DNA from: Nitrospirota bacterium
Lineage (GTDB): Bacteria; Nitrospirota; Thermodesulfovibrionia; Thermodesulfovibrionales; JdFR-88
Assembly: GCA_021789555.1 (NCBI GenBank)
Contig: JAJYJK010000001.1
Location: 4,871-68,870 of the forward strand
DNA length: 64,000 nt
Direction of reading: 5' to 3'
The notes below the pieces were generated by a model that was given only the letters and a program-made list of their open reading frames with translations, was not told the DNA's origin and ran no database searches. The translations under genes were made by a program, and so were the position numbers. Within the stretch, counting starts at the first letter, position 1, and each line of letters begins with the position of its first letter. Of this stretch, positions 45,758 to 56,038 are shown in pieces.

Positions 45758-47617
45758 ATGTGCGGCATAGTCGGCTACATAGGGCAAAGGAGCGCGCTGC
45801 CGGTCCTGATAGACGGCCTAAGACGGCTCGAATACAGGGGATACGATTCCGCGGGCATAGCATACGCCAACGGCGAAGGCATAGGGATACACAAGACCAT
45901 GGGCAGGATTGACGACCTCAAAAATATCCTGCCTGCGCCCCTGCCGGAGGCGAGGGTCGGGCTCGGCCATACGAGGTGGGCCACCCATGGCGCCCCTTCC
46001 GACAGAAACGCCCACCCGCACGAAACGGGCGGTGTCGCGGTCGTCCATAACGGGATCATCGAGAATTATCAGCAGCTAAAGGCGCGCCTCATCGCGGAAG
46101 GCCATGAGTTCGCCTCCGATACGGACACGGAAGTGATACCGCAGCTCATATCGAGCTATATGCAAAAGGGGTTTCACTTCGAGGAGGCGATGAGGATGGC
46201 CATTTTGGACCTTAAAGGCTCCTATGCCCTCGGGATAATGAGCGCCTCCGCCCCCGGAAAGCTCTTCGCCGTGAGAAACGGAAGCCCGCTGGTTGTCGGG
46301 TTTGGCCCGGGGGAATTCTTTTTCGCCTCGGACATACCGGCCTTTCTGGCATATACGAAAAAATTCGCCTTCATGGAGGACGGCCAGATATTCACGCTTG
46401 CGGCGGGGGAAGAGGCCCGGCTTGAGCGCCTGGAGACAAACGGGAATTCGGGCGGGAATTCGGGGAAGAGGCCCCCGGAGCCCGAGCTGAAGATAGTGGA
46501 GATAGACTGGACGGCCGAGATGGCCGAAAAAGAGGGATATGACTACTTCATGCAAAAGGAGATCTACGAGCAGCCGGCGACCGTCATGGAGACCATGAGG
46601 GAGTGGCTCGACGACCCCATGGAGATGCTCCGCACCATGGGCATCACCCCGAAGATGATACTCGGGTTGAGGAGGCTCCACATAGCGGCCTGCGGGACTT
46701 CTTACCACGCCGCCCTGGTCGGCAAATACGCCATAGAGAGCCTGGCCCACATCCCCGTGGAGGTGGAGATCGCATCGGAATTCAGGTACAAGCACCTGCT
46801 CGTCGAAAAAAACAGTCTTTTCGTCTCGATCACGCAGTCCGGAGAGACGGCCGATACGCTTGCGGCCCAGCGGGAGGCCGGGAAGAAAGGGGCCCATACC
46901 CTCACGATATGCAACGTCGTTGGCAGCACGGCCTCCAGGGAGGCGGACTCGGTCCTTTATACCCGGGCCGGCCCCGAGATAGGGGTGGCGTCGACAAAGG
47001 CGTTTACCGCCCAGATGGCGGCCCTCTGCCTCCTTGCGGTGGCGCTCGGGGTCAAACGGGGCAGGCTCATCGCGGACGAGGCGGAAACGCTCACCGGCCA
47101 GCTTAAAAAGATGCCGCTCCTCATAGAAAAGGCCCTGGCAGCGGGGCCGCATGTGAAGGAAGTCGCCGCTTCCGTCACCGGCGCCCGGAGCATGCTCTAT
47201 CTCGGCAGGGGAATAAACTATCCCATCGCCCTCGAGGGCGCGCTGAAACTAAAGGAGATCTCCTATATCCATGCCGAGGGATATCCGGCCGGGGAGATGA
47301 AGCACGGCCCCATCGCGCTCATAGAAAGCGGGCTGCCGGTGGTCGTGGTAATCCCGATGGGCAGCCTCTTCGAAAAGACGCTCTCGAATATAGAGGAGGT
47401 CAAAGCCAGGGGCGGAAGGGTGATCGCGGTTACGGACGAGCCTGCCAGTCTTCAGGGCAAGGCGGACGAGACCATACCCGTGCCCTCCACCCATCCCGTG
47501 CTCTCGCCCTTCGTAAACGTGATACCGCTGCAGATGCTGGCTTTCCATACGGGGGTGATCAGGGGCAACGACGTGGACAAACCCAGGAACCTGGCAAAGA
47601 GCGTGACCGTGGAGTAA
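45758..47617 (+). CDS. glmS: Glutamine--fructose-6-phosphate aminotransferase
   Basis: MCGIVGYIG, RLEYRGYDSAGIA, two SIS domains (ITQSGETADT), C-terminal KPRNLAKSVTVE. Confidence 0.95.
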   Translation: MCGIVGYIGQRSALPVLIDGLRRLEYRGYDSAGIAYANGEGIGIHKTMGRIDDLKNILPAPLPEARVGLGHTRWATHGAPSDRNAHPHETGGVAVVHNGIIENYQQLKARLIAEGHEFASDTDTEVIPQLISSYMQKGFHFEEAMRMAILDLKGSYALGIMSASAPGKLFAVRNGSPLVVGFGPGEFFFASDIPAFLAYTKKFAFMEDGQIFTLAAGEEARLERLETNGNSGGNSGKRPPEPELKIVEIDWTAEMAEKEGYDYFMQKEIYEQPATVMETMREWLDDPMEMLRTMGITPKMILGLRRLHIAACGTSYHAALVGKYAIESLAHIPVEVEIASEFRYKHLLVEKNSLFVSITQSGETADTLAAQREAGKKGAHTLTICNVVGSTASREADSVLYTRAGPEIGVASTKAFTAQMAALCLLAVALGVKRGRLIADEAETLTGQLKKMPLLIEKALAAGPHVKEVAASVTGARSMLYLGRGINYPIALEGALKLKEISYIHAEGYPAGEMKHGPIALIESGLPVVVVIPMGSLFEKTLSNIEEVKARGGRVIAVTDEPASLQGKADETIPVPSTHPVLSPFVNVIPLQMLAFHTGVIRGNDVDKPRNLAKSVTVE

Positions 47618-47623
47618 TAAATA

Positions 47624-48697
<1,074 letters not shown>

Positions 48698-48805
48698 CTA
48701 TAACCCAAACGGTTCCTCCGGCTTTATCTTCATCAGGGGGGTGCAGGGGTGCTGGCATCTTGGCGCTGGCGTCCCCGCAAAAGATTTTTCCTAACTTGCC
48801 CGCCG

Positions 48806-48861
48806 CCCTCACCCCAACCCTCTCCCAGTGGGAGAGGGAGGAGCGAAGCGGAGGGTGAGGG
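48806..48861. repeat. REP-like nested palindrome, copy B (inverted relative to copy A)
   Basis: ccctcaccccaaccctctcccagtgggagagggaggagcgaagcggagggtgaggg. It lies between the second sigma54 activator gene and galE. Confidence 0.85.
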
Positions 48862-48903
48862 AATAGAGTTAAGGGTTGGCGGGTGGGGCAGGTTATTTCC
48901 GGT

Positions 48904-50370
48904 TCAAGCGCAGCTTTTTGAGGGGCTGATTTCCCTGAGCCTTTTATAGAAGGTCTTCCTGGAGATGCCAAGCAGCTTTGCCGCCTTCGATTTATTGCCC
49001 CGGCATTCCTCAAGCGCGCCTATGATGGCCTGCTCCTCTATCTCCCTGAGGGTCTGCGTGGCCGGGGGGGAAAAAGGCGGACAAGCCGCCCCGCAAACGC
49101 CGCCGGCGGCCGCGGCCGCTGGCTGACCGGCTGAAGGGCATCCGGGAGAAAGCCCTGTATTGCCGGCCCCGGAGACGAGTACCTCTTCGGGCAGGTCGTC
49201 CGGTGAGACCCGGCCGGTCCGGCTGAGTACTGTGACCCTTTCAAGGACGTTCCTCAATTGCCTTATGTTTCCGGGCCATGAATATTCGCAGAGGATATTC
49301 AGGACCTCCTCCGAAAGGGAAACGGTCTTTTTCTCCCGCTCCGAAAACTCCCCCACGAACTCCGCCGCCAGTTGCGGTATATCGTCTTTTCTCAGTCTCA
49401 GCGGCGGCACCCATATATGGACCACGTTTATCCGATAATAAAGGTCCATCCTGAAAGTGCCCGCCTGCACGTCTTTTTCGAGGTCTCGGTTCGTCGAGGA
49501 GACCAGCCTGAAATCGACTTTTATCTTCCGCCCCCCCCCGAGCCTTTCGACCTCCCTTTCCTGGAGCACCCGGAGGAGTTTTGCCTGAAGCGGCAGTCCC
49601 AGCTCGGTTATCTCGTCCAGGAAAATGGTGCCGGTGGCGGCCTCCTCGAACCTGCCTATCCTGCGGGACACGGCATTGGTGAAGGCGCCCTTCTCGTAGC
49701 CGAAGAGCTCCGACTCCAGCAGTTCGCGTGGAATTGCGGCGCAGTTGACGGCCACGAAGGGTTTCACCTTTCTGACGCCGCCATAGTGCAGGGCCTTCGC
49801 TATAAGCTCCTTGCCCGTGCCGGTCTCGCCCGTTATGAGGACGCTGCTTGTGGTGTCCCTGACGGACTCTACCGTCTCCAGTATCTTCTTTAGCGCCGGG
49901 TCTTTGCCTATGATCCGCATGGAGGGGTCGGTGGCGCCCGGCATCTGCTCGCACGGCATGGCCGCGCCGCGAGCGCCGGCCAGCTCCAGGTGCGTGCGGC
50001 GCGCCCGCACCGCCTTTGAGAGCACGCCCCTCAGCTTCGTGTAATCCGGGGGTTTTATGAAATAGTAATACGCTCCCTTCGTTATGGAATGGACGGCGGA
50101 CTCCACCGTGCCATAGGCGGTCAGAAAGATCACCGGGATATCGGGATGGTTTTGCTTCACGTACTCAAAGAGCTGCATGCCGTCAATCTCCGGCATCCTC
50201 AAGTCGGTAATTATCGCATCCATCGGTTCGTCCCTTATGATGTCAAGGGCCTTCCGGGCGTCGTAGGATTTGAATATGTTGTAGCCGTCGCTGGAGAGCA
50301 TCGCCGAGAGCACTTTGACGGCATTGGGTTCGTCGTCGACGATAAGCACATTGCCGTAACTTTCAGCCAT
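48904..50370 (-). CDS. Sigma54-dependent response regulator (paralog of 38346-39707)
   Basis: VLIVDDEP...AIITDLRMPEIDG, ITGETGTGKE, ESELFGYEKGAFTNA and HTH GNKSKAAKLLGISRKTFYKRL. A Pro/Ala/Gly-rich linker precedes the HTH. Confidence 0.9.
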   Translation of the reverse strand: MAESYGNVLIVDDEPNAVKVLSAMLSSDGYNIFKSYDARKALDIIRDEPMDAIITDLRMPEIDGMQLFEYVKQNHPDIPVIFLTAYGTVESAVHSITKGAYYYFIKPPDYTKLRGVLSKAVRARRTHLELAGARGAAMPCEQMPGATDPSMRIIGKDPALKKILETVESVRDTTSSVLITGETGTGKELIAKALHYGGVRKVKPFVAVNCAAIPRELLESELFGYEKGAFTNAVSRRIGRFEEAATGTIFLDEITELGLPLQAKLLRVLQEREVERLGGGRKIKVDFRLVSSTNRDLEKDVQAGTFRMDLYYRINVVHIWVPPLRLRKDDIPQLAAEFVGEFSEREKKTVSLSEEVLNILCEYSWPGNIRQLRNVLERVTVLSRTGRVSPDDLPEEVLVSGAGNTGLSPGCPSAGQPAAAAAGGVCGAACPPFSPPATQTLREIEEQAIIGALEECRGNKSKAAKLLGISRKTFYKRLREISPSKSCA

Positions 50371-50524
50371 TTTAGGAAGACCTCTCCCGTCTTGGAAATC
50401 GAGGATTTTTAACTGCGACGCGCTTTAAAGTAAACCTCTTTGCTACGTATTAAAATCTAGGGGAGAACGGGACCGATTACAATCTCCCGTTTGGGGGAAA
50501 GAGGGTTGGAAATAGCCCTGAGCC

Positions 50525-52783
50525 TCAGATGGTAAAGCCGTCGAAGGGCTCCTCGGGCAGTTCAACGCTGGTGCGGCCATTGCCGGAGTTTTCGTCCTCC
50601 CCCTGCCCGGTCTCGCTGACCTTCATGTCTATTTTCATATCTATCTTCATATCTGGGGGGTTCATATCCGGGGGTGCTGCGCCCGGAGAGGACCGCCCGT
50701 CGCAGAAATCGCCCTGCCCCCGATTGAAACCGCCCTGCTCCTTCATGAAGGACGGCTTCACGGCCACGGAGGGGCTCCATGAGACGGTCCGGTTTTTCCC
50801 GCTCGTCTTGGCCGAATAAAGGGACTTGTCCGCCTGTATTATGATGTTCTCCATGGAATCGCCGCTCTCCGGGTACATGGCGATCCCGGTGCTTATGGTC
50901 AGGCATCCGCCGGTCTCTTTCGTCTTTACGCCGGGCAGGACCATGGCGCATACGTTTCCCCTTATCCTTTCAAGGACAGTAAACGCCTCGTCCTTGGTGG
51001 TCTGAGGCATTATTATGGCGAATTCCTCGCCCCCGATCCTCACAAGGATGTCGTTTGCCCTGATGGAATTGGTCATTATGTTGGCTATCTCCCGCAGGGC
51101 GTAATCGCCGGCAAGATGGCCCTCGGTGTCATTGAGGGCCTTGAAATCGTCTATGTCCAGGATGGCCAGGGAGAAATTCAGGCCGTATCTCTTCGCCCTC
51201 TGGTATTCCTCTTCCAGCCGGACATCGAAATAGCGCCTGTTGAAAAGGCCCGTTAGGGGATCGGTTATCGAAAGCTCCCTCATCTGCTCGGAAGTCCTGT
51301 GGCAGCTTGAGAGTTTCAGGAGAATCGAGGACTGCATGGCGAAGGGCATGAGCACAGTGAGGTCCTTTTCCGTGAAGGGCTCCCCCGACGCCTTGTCCGA
51401 GACGTTCAGGATGCCCATCGTCTCCCCCGAGATCTTAAGCGGCAGGCTTATGCAGGACTGGGTCTTGAAAAGCGGCTTAGGGGTCCCGGAGAATGTCTTC
51501 AGCTTCTCTTCGTTGTCTATGAGGATCGGCACCCCCTGCTGAAAAACCCTTCCGGCGATGCCCTCCCCCACCCGTATCTTCACTTCCTTCATCAGCCACT
51601 TGTTCAGCCCCTTTACGGAAATGACGCTGAGGGAATCCCCGTCATCATCGGGCAGCATGACAGAGCACTTTTCCGCATCCACCAGGGCGGCGGCCTCGGC
51701 CACTATATGATCGCATAAGACCTGCTGGTCCTTGTAATGGGGGAATAGCTGCACGGTCTTCCTGGTTATCACGTTCAGGCCGTCCGAGTGTTTCTCGTAC
51801 TGCTCGCGCAGGTATCTTACGCCAAAGAGATAGGCCGAGAGCTTGCAGAGCTCGTTGACCGAATCGAATGCCTCGCGGTCCAGCAGGGAATTGAAAACAC
51901 CCAGGAACCCGAAAAAGCCTATCTGGGAATATATCGGGAAGAGGTACATGGAGATGATCTCTTCCGGGAAGCCCGAATGCTTCAGCTTATAACTGTCTAT
52001 GGCTGAAACGGGTATCCTCGACGAAACGGCGTTTGATACGAGGTAATTGTCCTTCGAGAGTCTCAGCCTCCTGATGATGTCCCGGTTGCGGCCGCCCACG
52101 GACTCGGGACAGAAGAAGTCCTTGTTCCGCGTGAATATGGCCGCGGTGTCTATGTTGAAAAGGAAGATGACCGTATCGACTATTATCTGCCGGACGTCCT
52201 CAATCGTGGCGTCGGACTTTATGTTCGCCGTAAGGCTTATTATCGTCTTCGACCACTGCCATCTCTTGTTCAGTTCGCCTTTTTCATATCCCGAGGAGAT
52301 TATATTTTCCAGCAGGAGCTTTATGGACCTTATATAGTTTTCAATGGTCTGCGAGTCCACGACTTTCAGCTCCGCCCTCCACTGCTCCTTCGTGCGGTTT
52401 GTAAGCCCGAACTTATCGGCCTTCGTGGCGTAGAACCTGGCGAAATCCTCCTCGGACATGTAAAAGCCATCGCACAGGGCCACCAGCATGATCTCCTTGT
52501 ACCTGATGGGGATAAAAACATGATACTGCATTGTAAAACCCTGGATGAGAAAGGATTTCGTGTTCTTGAGCGTCAGCTTCAGGTATTTTGACAGGAAACC
52601 GTTATACAGCTCCTGCCCTTTCTTGTCCGTCCTGATGGAACTGAGGAGGGGGTCTTCCCTGGAAGGAGCTATCAGCAGGTTTTCCCTGTCGTCATAGAGG
52701 GAAAAATTAAGCCCGGTGATGCTGGAGAGGGCCTTCATGGCCTTCGTCAAAAACTGTATATCAATGAGATGTATCATTCTCAA
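50525..52783 (-). CDS. Diguanylate cyclase with an N-terminal sensor region and a GAF domain (GGEEF active site, RxxD I-site)
   Basis: PLTGLFNRRYF, DIDDFKALND and RANDILVRIGGEEF. GGEEF is encoded at 51020-51034 and the RxxD (RAND) at 51050-51061, five residues upstream. A GAF-like region lies upstream (SVMLPDDDGDSL...GEGIAGRV). Confidence 0.9.
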   Translation of the reverse strand: MRMIHLIDIQFLTKAMKALSSITGLNFSLYDDRENLLIAPSREDPLLSSIRTDKKGQELYNGFLSKYLKLTLKNTKSFLIQGFTMQYHVFIPIRYKEIMLVALCDGFYMSEEDFARFYATKADKFGLTNRTKEQWRAELKVVDSQTIENYIRSIKLLLENIISSGYEKGELNKRWQWSKTIISLTANIKSDATIEDVRQIIVDTVIFLFNIDTAAIFTRNKDFFCPESVGGRNRDIIRRLRLSKDNYLVSNAVSSRIPVSAIDSYKLKHSGFPEEIISMYLFPIYSQIGFFGFLGVFNSLLDREAFDSVNELCKLSAYLFGVRYLREQYEKHSDGLNVITRKTVQLFPHYKDQQVLCDHIVAEAAALVDAEKCSVMLPDDDGDSLSVISVKGLNKWLMKEVKIRVGEGIAGRVFQQGVPILIDNEEKLKTFSGTPKPLFKTQSCISLPLKISGETMGILNVSDKASGEPFTEKDLTVLMPFAMQSSILLKLSSCHRTSEQMRELSITDPLTGLFNRRYFDVRLEEEYQRAKRYGLNFSLAILDIDDFKALNDTEGHLAGDYALREIANIMTNSIRANDILVRIGGEEFAIIMPQTTKDEAFTVLERIRGNVCAMVLPGVKTKETGGCLTISTGIAMYPESGDSMENIIIQADKSLYSAKTSGKNRTVSWSPSVAVKPSFMKEQGGFNRGQGDFCDGRSSPGAAPPDMNPPDMKIDMKIDMKVSETGQGEDENSGNGRTSVELPEEPFDGFTI

Positions 52784-53131
52784 TGGTTAAAGCAAAATCC
52801 ATACCCGTCAGTTCACCCTGACAATATTCATTTCCCCCGAAAGGCCTCCCCTCTCAAAGTGAAATATTGTAAATCAGGGAAATTTAAATGTCTAGTAAGC
52901 GCGCCGGCGGCCCCGGTCCGCCGATGACACCCCGGGCGCGAAACGGTCTTCCACTGCCTTCTAAAACGCATTTTTGGCTCCTGGCCTGAGATTAATAAAC
53001 GGATAGCGAGCGTATTTTTAGAGGTCCTGCCGAGGGAATATCCAATTAAACCTTGATAAATCACGTTTTTTTGTGTGAAAAGACACTAATTGCATATTAG
53101 GCCAATGTGACTTCACGCAGAAAGGCCCGGG

Positions 53132-53779
53132 GTGAAACGGCTGCCCCCAATTAACGGTTTTTTCAGGTATAATGTTGAAATAAAAATGAAAATATTTAAT
53201 AAAAAAAAGAAAACAGACGCGGAAGAACTTGAACCAAAAAGACATTTTGTCTCGAAAGAGCTTCGCTACTCGATAGCCTTAATAGTCATCGCATCGCTTG
53301 CAGCCGGTATAGGCTTCATCCTTTTGGCCAAGGCCCTTGGCACGGTCGTAAACCGCACTTTTGTGCCGTTTATCATAATGGCCGGCTATGTGGCCATCGT
53401 GGTCCTGCTGACGATGATCTTCAGCCACCGCTTCATAGGGCCATTTCCAAGGCTGAAGATGGAGATGCGCATCATCCTGGGCGGGGAATATTCCAGGCGT
53501 CTCCGGCTAAGGGTAAAAGACGACATATACATCAGGTCTTTCATAGATGAGCTAAACCTCCTGCTGGATGAATTCGAGAAGATGCACCGCCTGAAACTGG
53601 AATTCATCAAGTCAGTCGATGCCGACCTTCAGGCGCTCTCCTCGTGCATAGGCTCCGAAGACATGTCGAAGGAAGAGCTTGTCAAAAAAATACAGGACTG
53701 CCGCGGCAATGTCGGAGAACTGCTCAAAAAATACAGGTACAGATATGTACGGGGGCCCGAGGACAAGTCAATTTCCTGA
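53132..53779 (+). CDS. Small membrane protein with two TM helices and a HAMP-like segment
   Basis: IALIVIASLAAGIGFILLA and FIIMAGYVAIVVLLTMIF helices are followed by IGPFPRLKMEMRIILGGEYSRRLRL...FIDELNLLLDEFE. The start is uncertain (GTG 53132 or ATG 53186). Confidence 0.4.
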   Translation: MKRLPPINGFFRYNVEIKMKIFNKKKKTDAEELEPKRHFVSKELRYSIALIVIASLAAGIGFILLAKALGTVVNRTFVPFIIMAGYVAIVVLLTMIFSHRFIGPFPRLKMEMRIILGGEYSRRLRLRVKDDIYIRSFIDELNLLLDEFEKMHRLKLEFIKSVDADLQALSSCIGSEDMSKEELVKKIQDCRGNVGELLKKYRYRYVRGPEDKSIS

Positions 53780-53784
53780 CAGTT

Positions 53785-54636
53785 TCAGATGATGAACGAA
53801 AGCGCCGTGAACACGAAAACGGTGACGCTTATCCACCCGTTCATATTAAAAAAAGCGATATCAAGCCTGCTAAGGTCCTTCTCCTTCACCAGGGAGTGCT
53901 CGTAGATGAAGAATGCCGACACGAGGACGAGGCCGGCCCAGTAGGCCCAATTCATGTCCACAAGCGCTCCGGTCACGCAGAGCATTAGAACGCTTAAAAC
54001 GTGGAATGACCTTGCCGCCAGCAGGGATTTTCCGATGCCGTATCTTGCCGGCAGCGAATAAAGCCCGTATCTTCGGTCAAAATCGATGTCCTGCAGGGCA
54101 TACAGGACGTCGAAGCCGGCCAGCCAGAACACAACGGCGAAGGCGAGGCAGACGGCCCCCCATCCGAGGCTGCCCCGGACCGCGGCCCAGGCCCCAAGCG
54201 GAGAAAGCGACAGGGCCAGCCCAAGGAAAAAATGGGACATCCAGGTGAAGCGTTTCGTGTAGGAATAAAAGACCACGACCGCGATGGCCACCGGAGATAG
54301 CTCAAGACACAGGGGGTTTAACCTCCATGCAGCAAATATAAGAAGCGCGAAACTGGCGGCCGCGAAGACGGCGACCTCCGCGAGCCCCAGTTTGCCCGAG
54401 GGCAGCTCCCGGTCTTTCGTGCGCGGGTTCATGGCGTCTATCTTCCGGTCCACAATCCGGTTTACAGCCATCGCCCCCGAACGGGCCCCCACCATCGCCA
54501 CCGTTATCCAGAGGATTTTCGCCAAAGACGGATAACCTCCCGCCGCCATAATCGCCGCGGTAAACGCAAACGGCAGGGCGAAAATGGAATGGGAAAATTT
54601 TATCATCCGCAGGAAATGGACCAGGCGCTTGAACAT
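53785..54636 (-). CDS. UbiA-family aromatic polyprenyltransferase
   Basis: GARSGAMAVNRIVDRKIDAMNPRTKDRELPSG (first Asp-rich motif) and YALQDIDFDRRYGLYSLP (second motif). It is polytopic. Confidence 0.8.
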   Translation of the reverse strand: MFKRLVHFLRMIKFSHSIFALPFAFTAAIMAAGGYPSLAKILWITVAMVGARSGAMAVNRIVDRKIDAMNPRTKDRELPSGKLGLAEVAVFAAASFALLIFAAWRLNPLCLELSPVAIAVVVFYSYTKRFTWMSHFFLGLALSLSPLGAWAAVRGSLGWGAVCLAFAVVFWLAGFDVLYALQDIDFDRRYGLYSLPARYGIGKSLLAARSFHVLSVLMLCVTGALVDMNWAYWAGLVLVSAFFIYEHSLVKEKDLSRLDIAFFNMNGWISVTVFVFTALSFII

Positions 54637-54662
54637 ATCGGGAGTTTATTATACCCCGGCCG

Positions 54663-55457
54663 TTATTTCCTGTCCCTTTTATGCCTGTTTAAAAGGGCGT
54701 CCACTATATTGGGCATCTCCTGCCTGCAGCGCGCATTCGGCATCGAGAAGGTCAGATGGGCGGAGCCGGCCTTTATCGAAATGGAGCTTACCTCATGGTC
54801 GCTGCTGACGACTACAACCACGGGGGCCTTTCGGATCGAGGGTATCCGTTCCAGTTGCTCGAACGCGCTGTAGGAGCTGAAAGGCAGGTTATTGGAATCC
54901 ACAATGATGAGTGCGGGATTGAACATCCTCGCCTCTTCAGGCCCCCGCACCGCCTTCACCTCGTATCTGTCTTCCGGTAATGACGGGATTTCAGCCGCGG
55001 TGGATACAAACAGCACCATTTTCCTTTCACCGGGCTCCGCCTCTTTCCAGATGGCCTCAAGTATCTCTTCCGCCAGGATGCCTTCCGCGTCAAAGTCCTT
55101 TCCCCACTTCGTATAACCGCCTATCTCCCTTTCCCTCTGCATGACATAGTGGGAGATCTTCCTTTGCTCGACTGCGTCCTTGACGAATTGCACCCCGCAG
55201 GTATTGTCCGCCACATTGACGGCCCTCCCGGTAAGCCAGCATATCTCATCCCCGGGCAGAAGGATGGCGAAATCGATGGCTGCGCCCGGCTGTATTAAAT
55301 TCTCGGCATAAGGGACGCTCAGCAAGACGCCCCCCAGGCTTATGTCGATTATCTTGATCCGTTTCGCAACCGCCCTAAATGCCTTGTTTTTGACGGCGAT
55401 CTTCAGGGGCCTCGAAACCGGGACGGGCACCCGTATATATTCCCGGCGATTTGTCAT
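54663..55457 (-). CDS. PilZ-domain c-di-GMP receptor with a C-terminal receiver-like/Rossmann-like domain
   Basis: Both canonical PilZ motifs are present: RREYIR (RRxxxR, 55431-55448) and DISLGG (DxSxxG, 55329-55346). The C-terminal ~130 aa (MVLFVSTAAE...LIIVDSNNLP...VVVVVSSD) look like a CheY-like fold. Confidence 0.8.
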   Translation of the reverse strand: MTNRREYIRVPVPVSRPLKIAVKNKAFRAVAKRIKIIDISLGGVLLSVPYAENLIQPGAAIDFAILLPGDEICWLTGRAVNVADNTCGVQFVKDAVEQRKISHYVMQREREIGGYTKWGKDFDAEGILAEEILEAIWKEAEPGERKMVLFVSTAAEIPSLPEDRYEVKAVRGPEEARMFNPALIIVDSNNLPFSSYSAFEQLERIPSIRKAPVVVVVSSDHEVSSISIKAGSAHLTFSMPNARCRQEMPNIVDALLNRHKRDRK

Positions 55458-55515
55458 GCTTTTTTAAAAAGATATCCTCCGTAAATTTCCTCAGAATTTT
55501 TTTATCCCGGTGACG

Positions 55516-55950
55516 CTATTTGCCCCTTTTCACTTGCCCCGTTTGCCCCGCCGCCTGTATAAAACCTTCCATGGAGATATTCACATAAGGCCTTTTGGGG
55601 TCGTTGCTGGTAATGAGGACGTTTTTTGCGATATAACCGTTTTTGCCCGCTGTATTTATCCTCACCGTGATGGTCCCTTTCCGGCCGGGCGGAAGACTTG
55701 CCGAACTGGCAAGCGCGGCCGTGCAGCCTCAGCCGGGCTTCAACCTTTCGATTACAAGCGGCTCATCGCCGGTATTCCTGAATGTAAAGCTTCCCTGGAC
55801 GTTTGAGCCGGCCGCCACCTTCCCGAAATTTATGATCTCCCTGTCAAGGGAAATCGCGGGCTGGGCGAACAGCGGGGATGGGGAATGGAAAAAAGACAAA
55901 AGGGATATACTGATTATAAGGACCCCCTGAAAAAGGCACAGACGTTTCAT
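55516..55950 (-). CDS. DUF1573-like secreted protein interrupted by an in-frame TGA (candidate selenocysteine, or a nonsense mutation)
   Basis: A signal peptide is followed by INFGKVAAGSNVQGSFTFRNTGDEPLVIERLKPG-TGA-GCTAALASSASLPPGRKGTITVRINTAGKNGYIAKNVLITSNDPKRPYVNISMEGF. The TGA (55729-55731) sits where the family has the first Cys of its CGCT motif. The frame stays open to the TAG at 55516-55518. Confidence 0.5.
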
Positions 55951-55979
55951 TATTCGATTATAAACAATCCCTTCGATAA

Positions 55980-56009
55980 TTGAAACGGCGGCCCCATATT
56001 TTTTATAGT
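55980..56009 (+). promoter_or_regulatory. Possible sigma70 promoter for uvrA
   Basis: TTGAAA (55980-55985), an 18-nt spacer and TATAGT (56004-56009), about 30 nt before the ATG at 56039. Confidence 0.35.
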
Positions 56010-56038
56010 AAAGGGTTGGATTTTAATTCGGAGTGTCT

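Noticed and set aside
46441-46466. Short in-frame duplication in glmS (gggaattcgg twice, giving NGNSGGNSG). Similar small in-frame duplications lie at 11952-11987 and 16031-16048, and there is a PDM/KIDM repeat tail in the cyclase (50620-50670).
   Set aside because: These are trivial slippage products in linker or tail regions with no evident functional implication.
46076-47152. A 358-aa ORF antisense to glmS. Similar long antisense or shadow ORFs occur at 5420-6199, 20547-21140, 40943-41890, 42243-43232, 57701-58306 and elsewhere.
   Set aside because: They lie opposite genes with unmistakable motifs and are Arg/Pro/Gly-rich low-complexity translations typical of GC-rich DNA. They carry no recognisable domain signatures.
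53085-53110. TGGCCT-AATA-TGCAA on the minus strand, upstream of the diguanylate cyclase gene.
   Set aside because: The spacing between GG and GC is two nt too short for a sigma54 -24/-12 promoter.
55951-56038. Possible LexA/SOS box in the uvrA upstream region (GGTTGGATTTTAATTCGG).
   Set aside because: It does not fit the box patterns I can recall (for example GGTT-N2-C-N4-G-N3-ACC).
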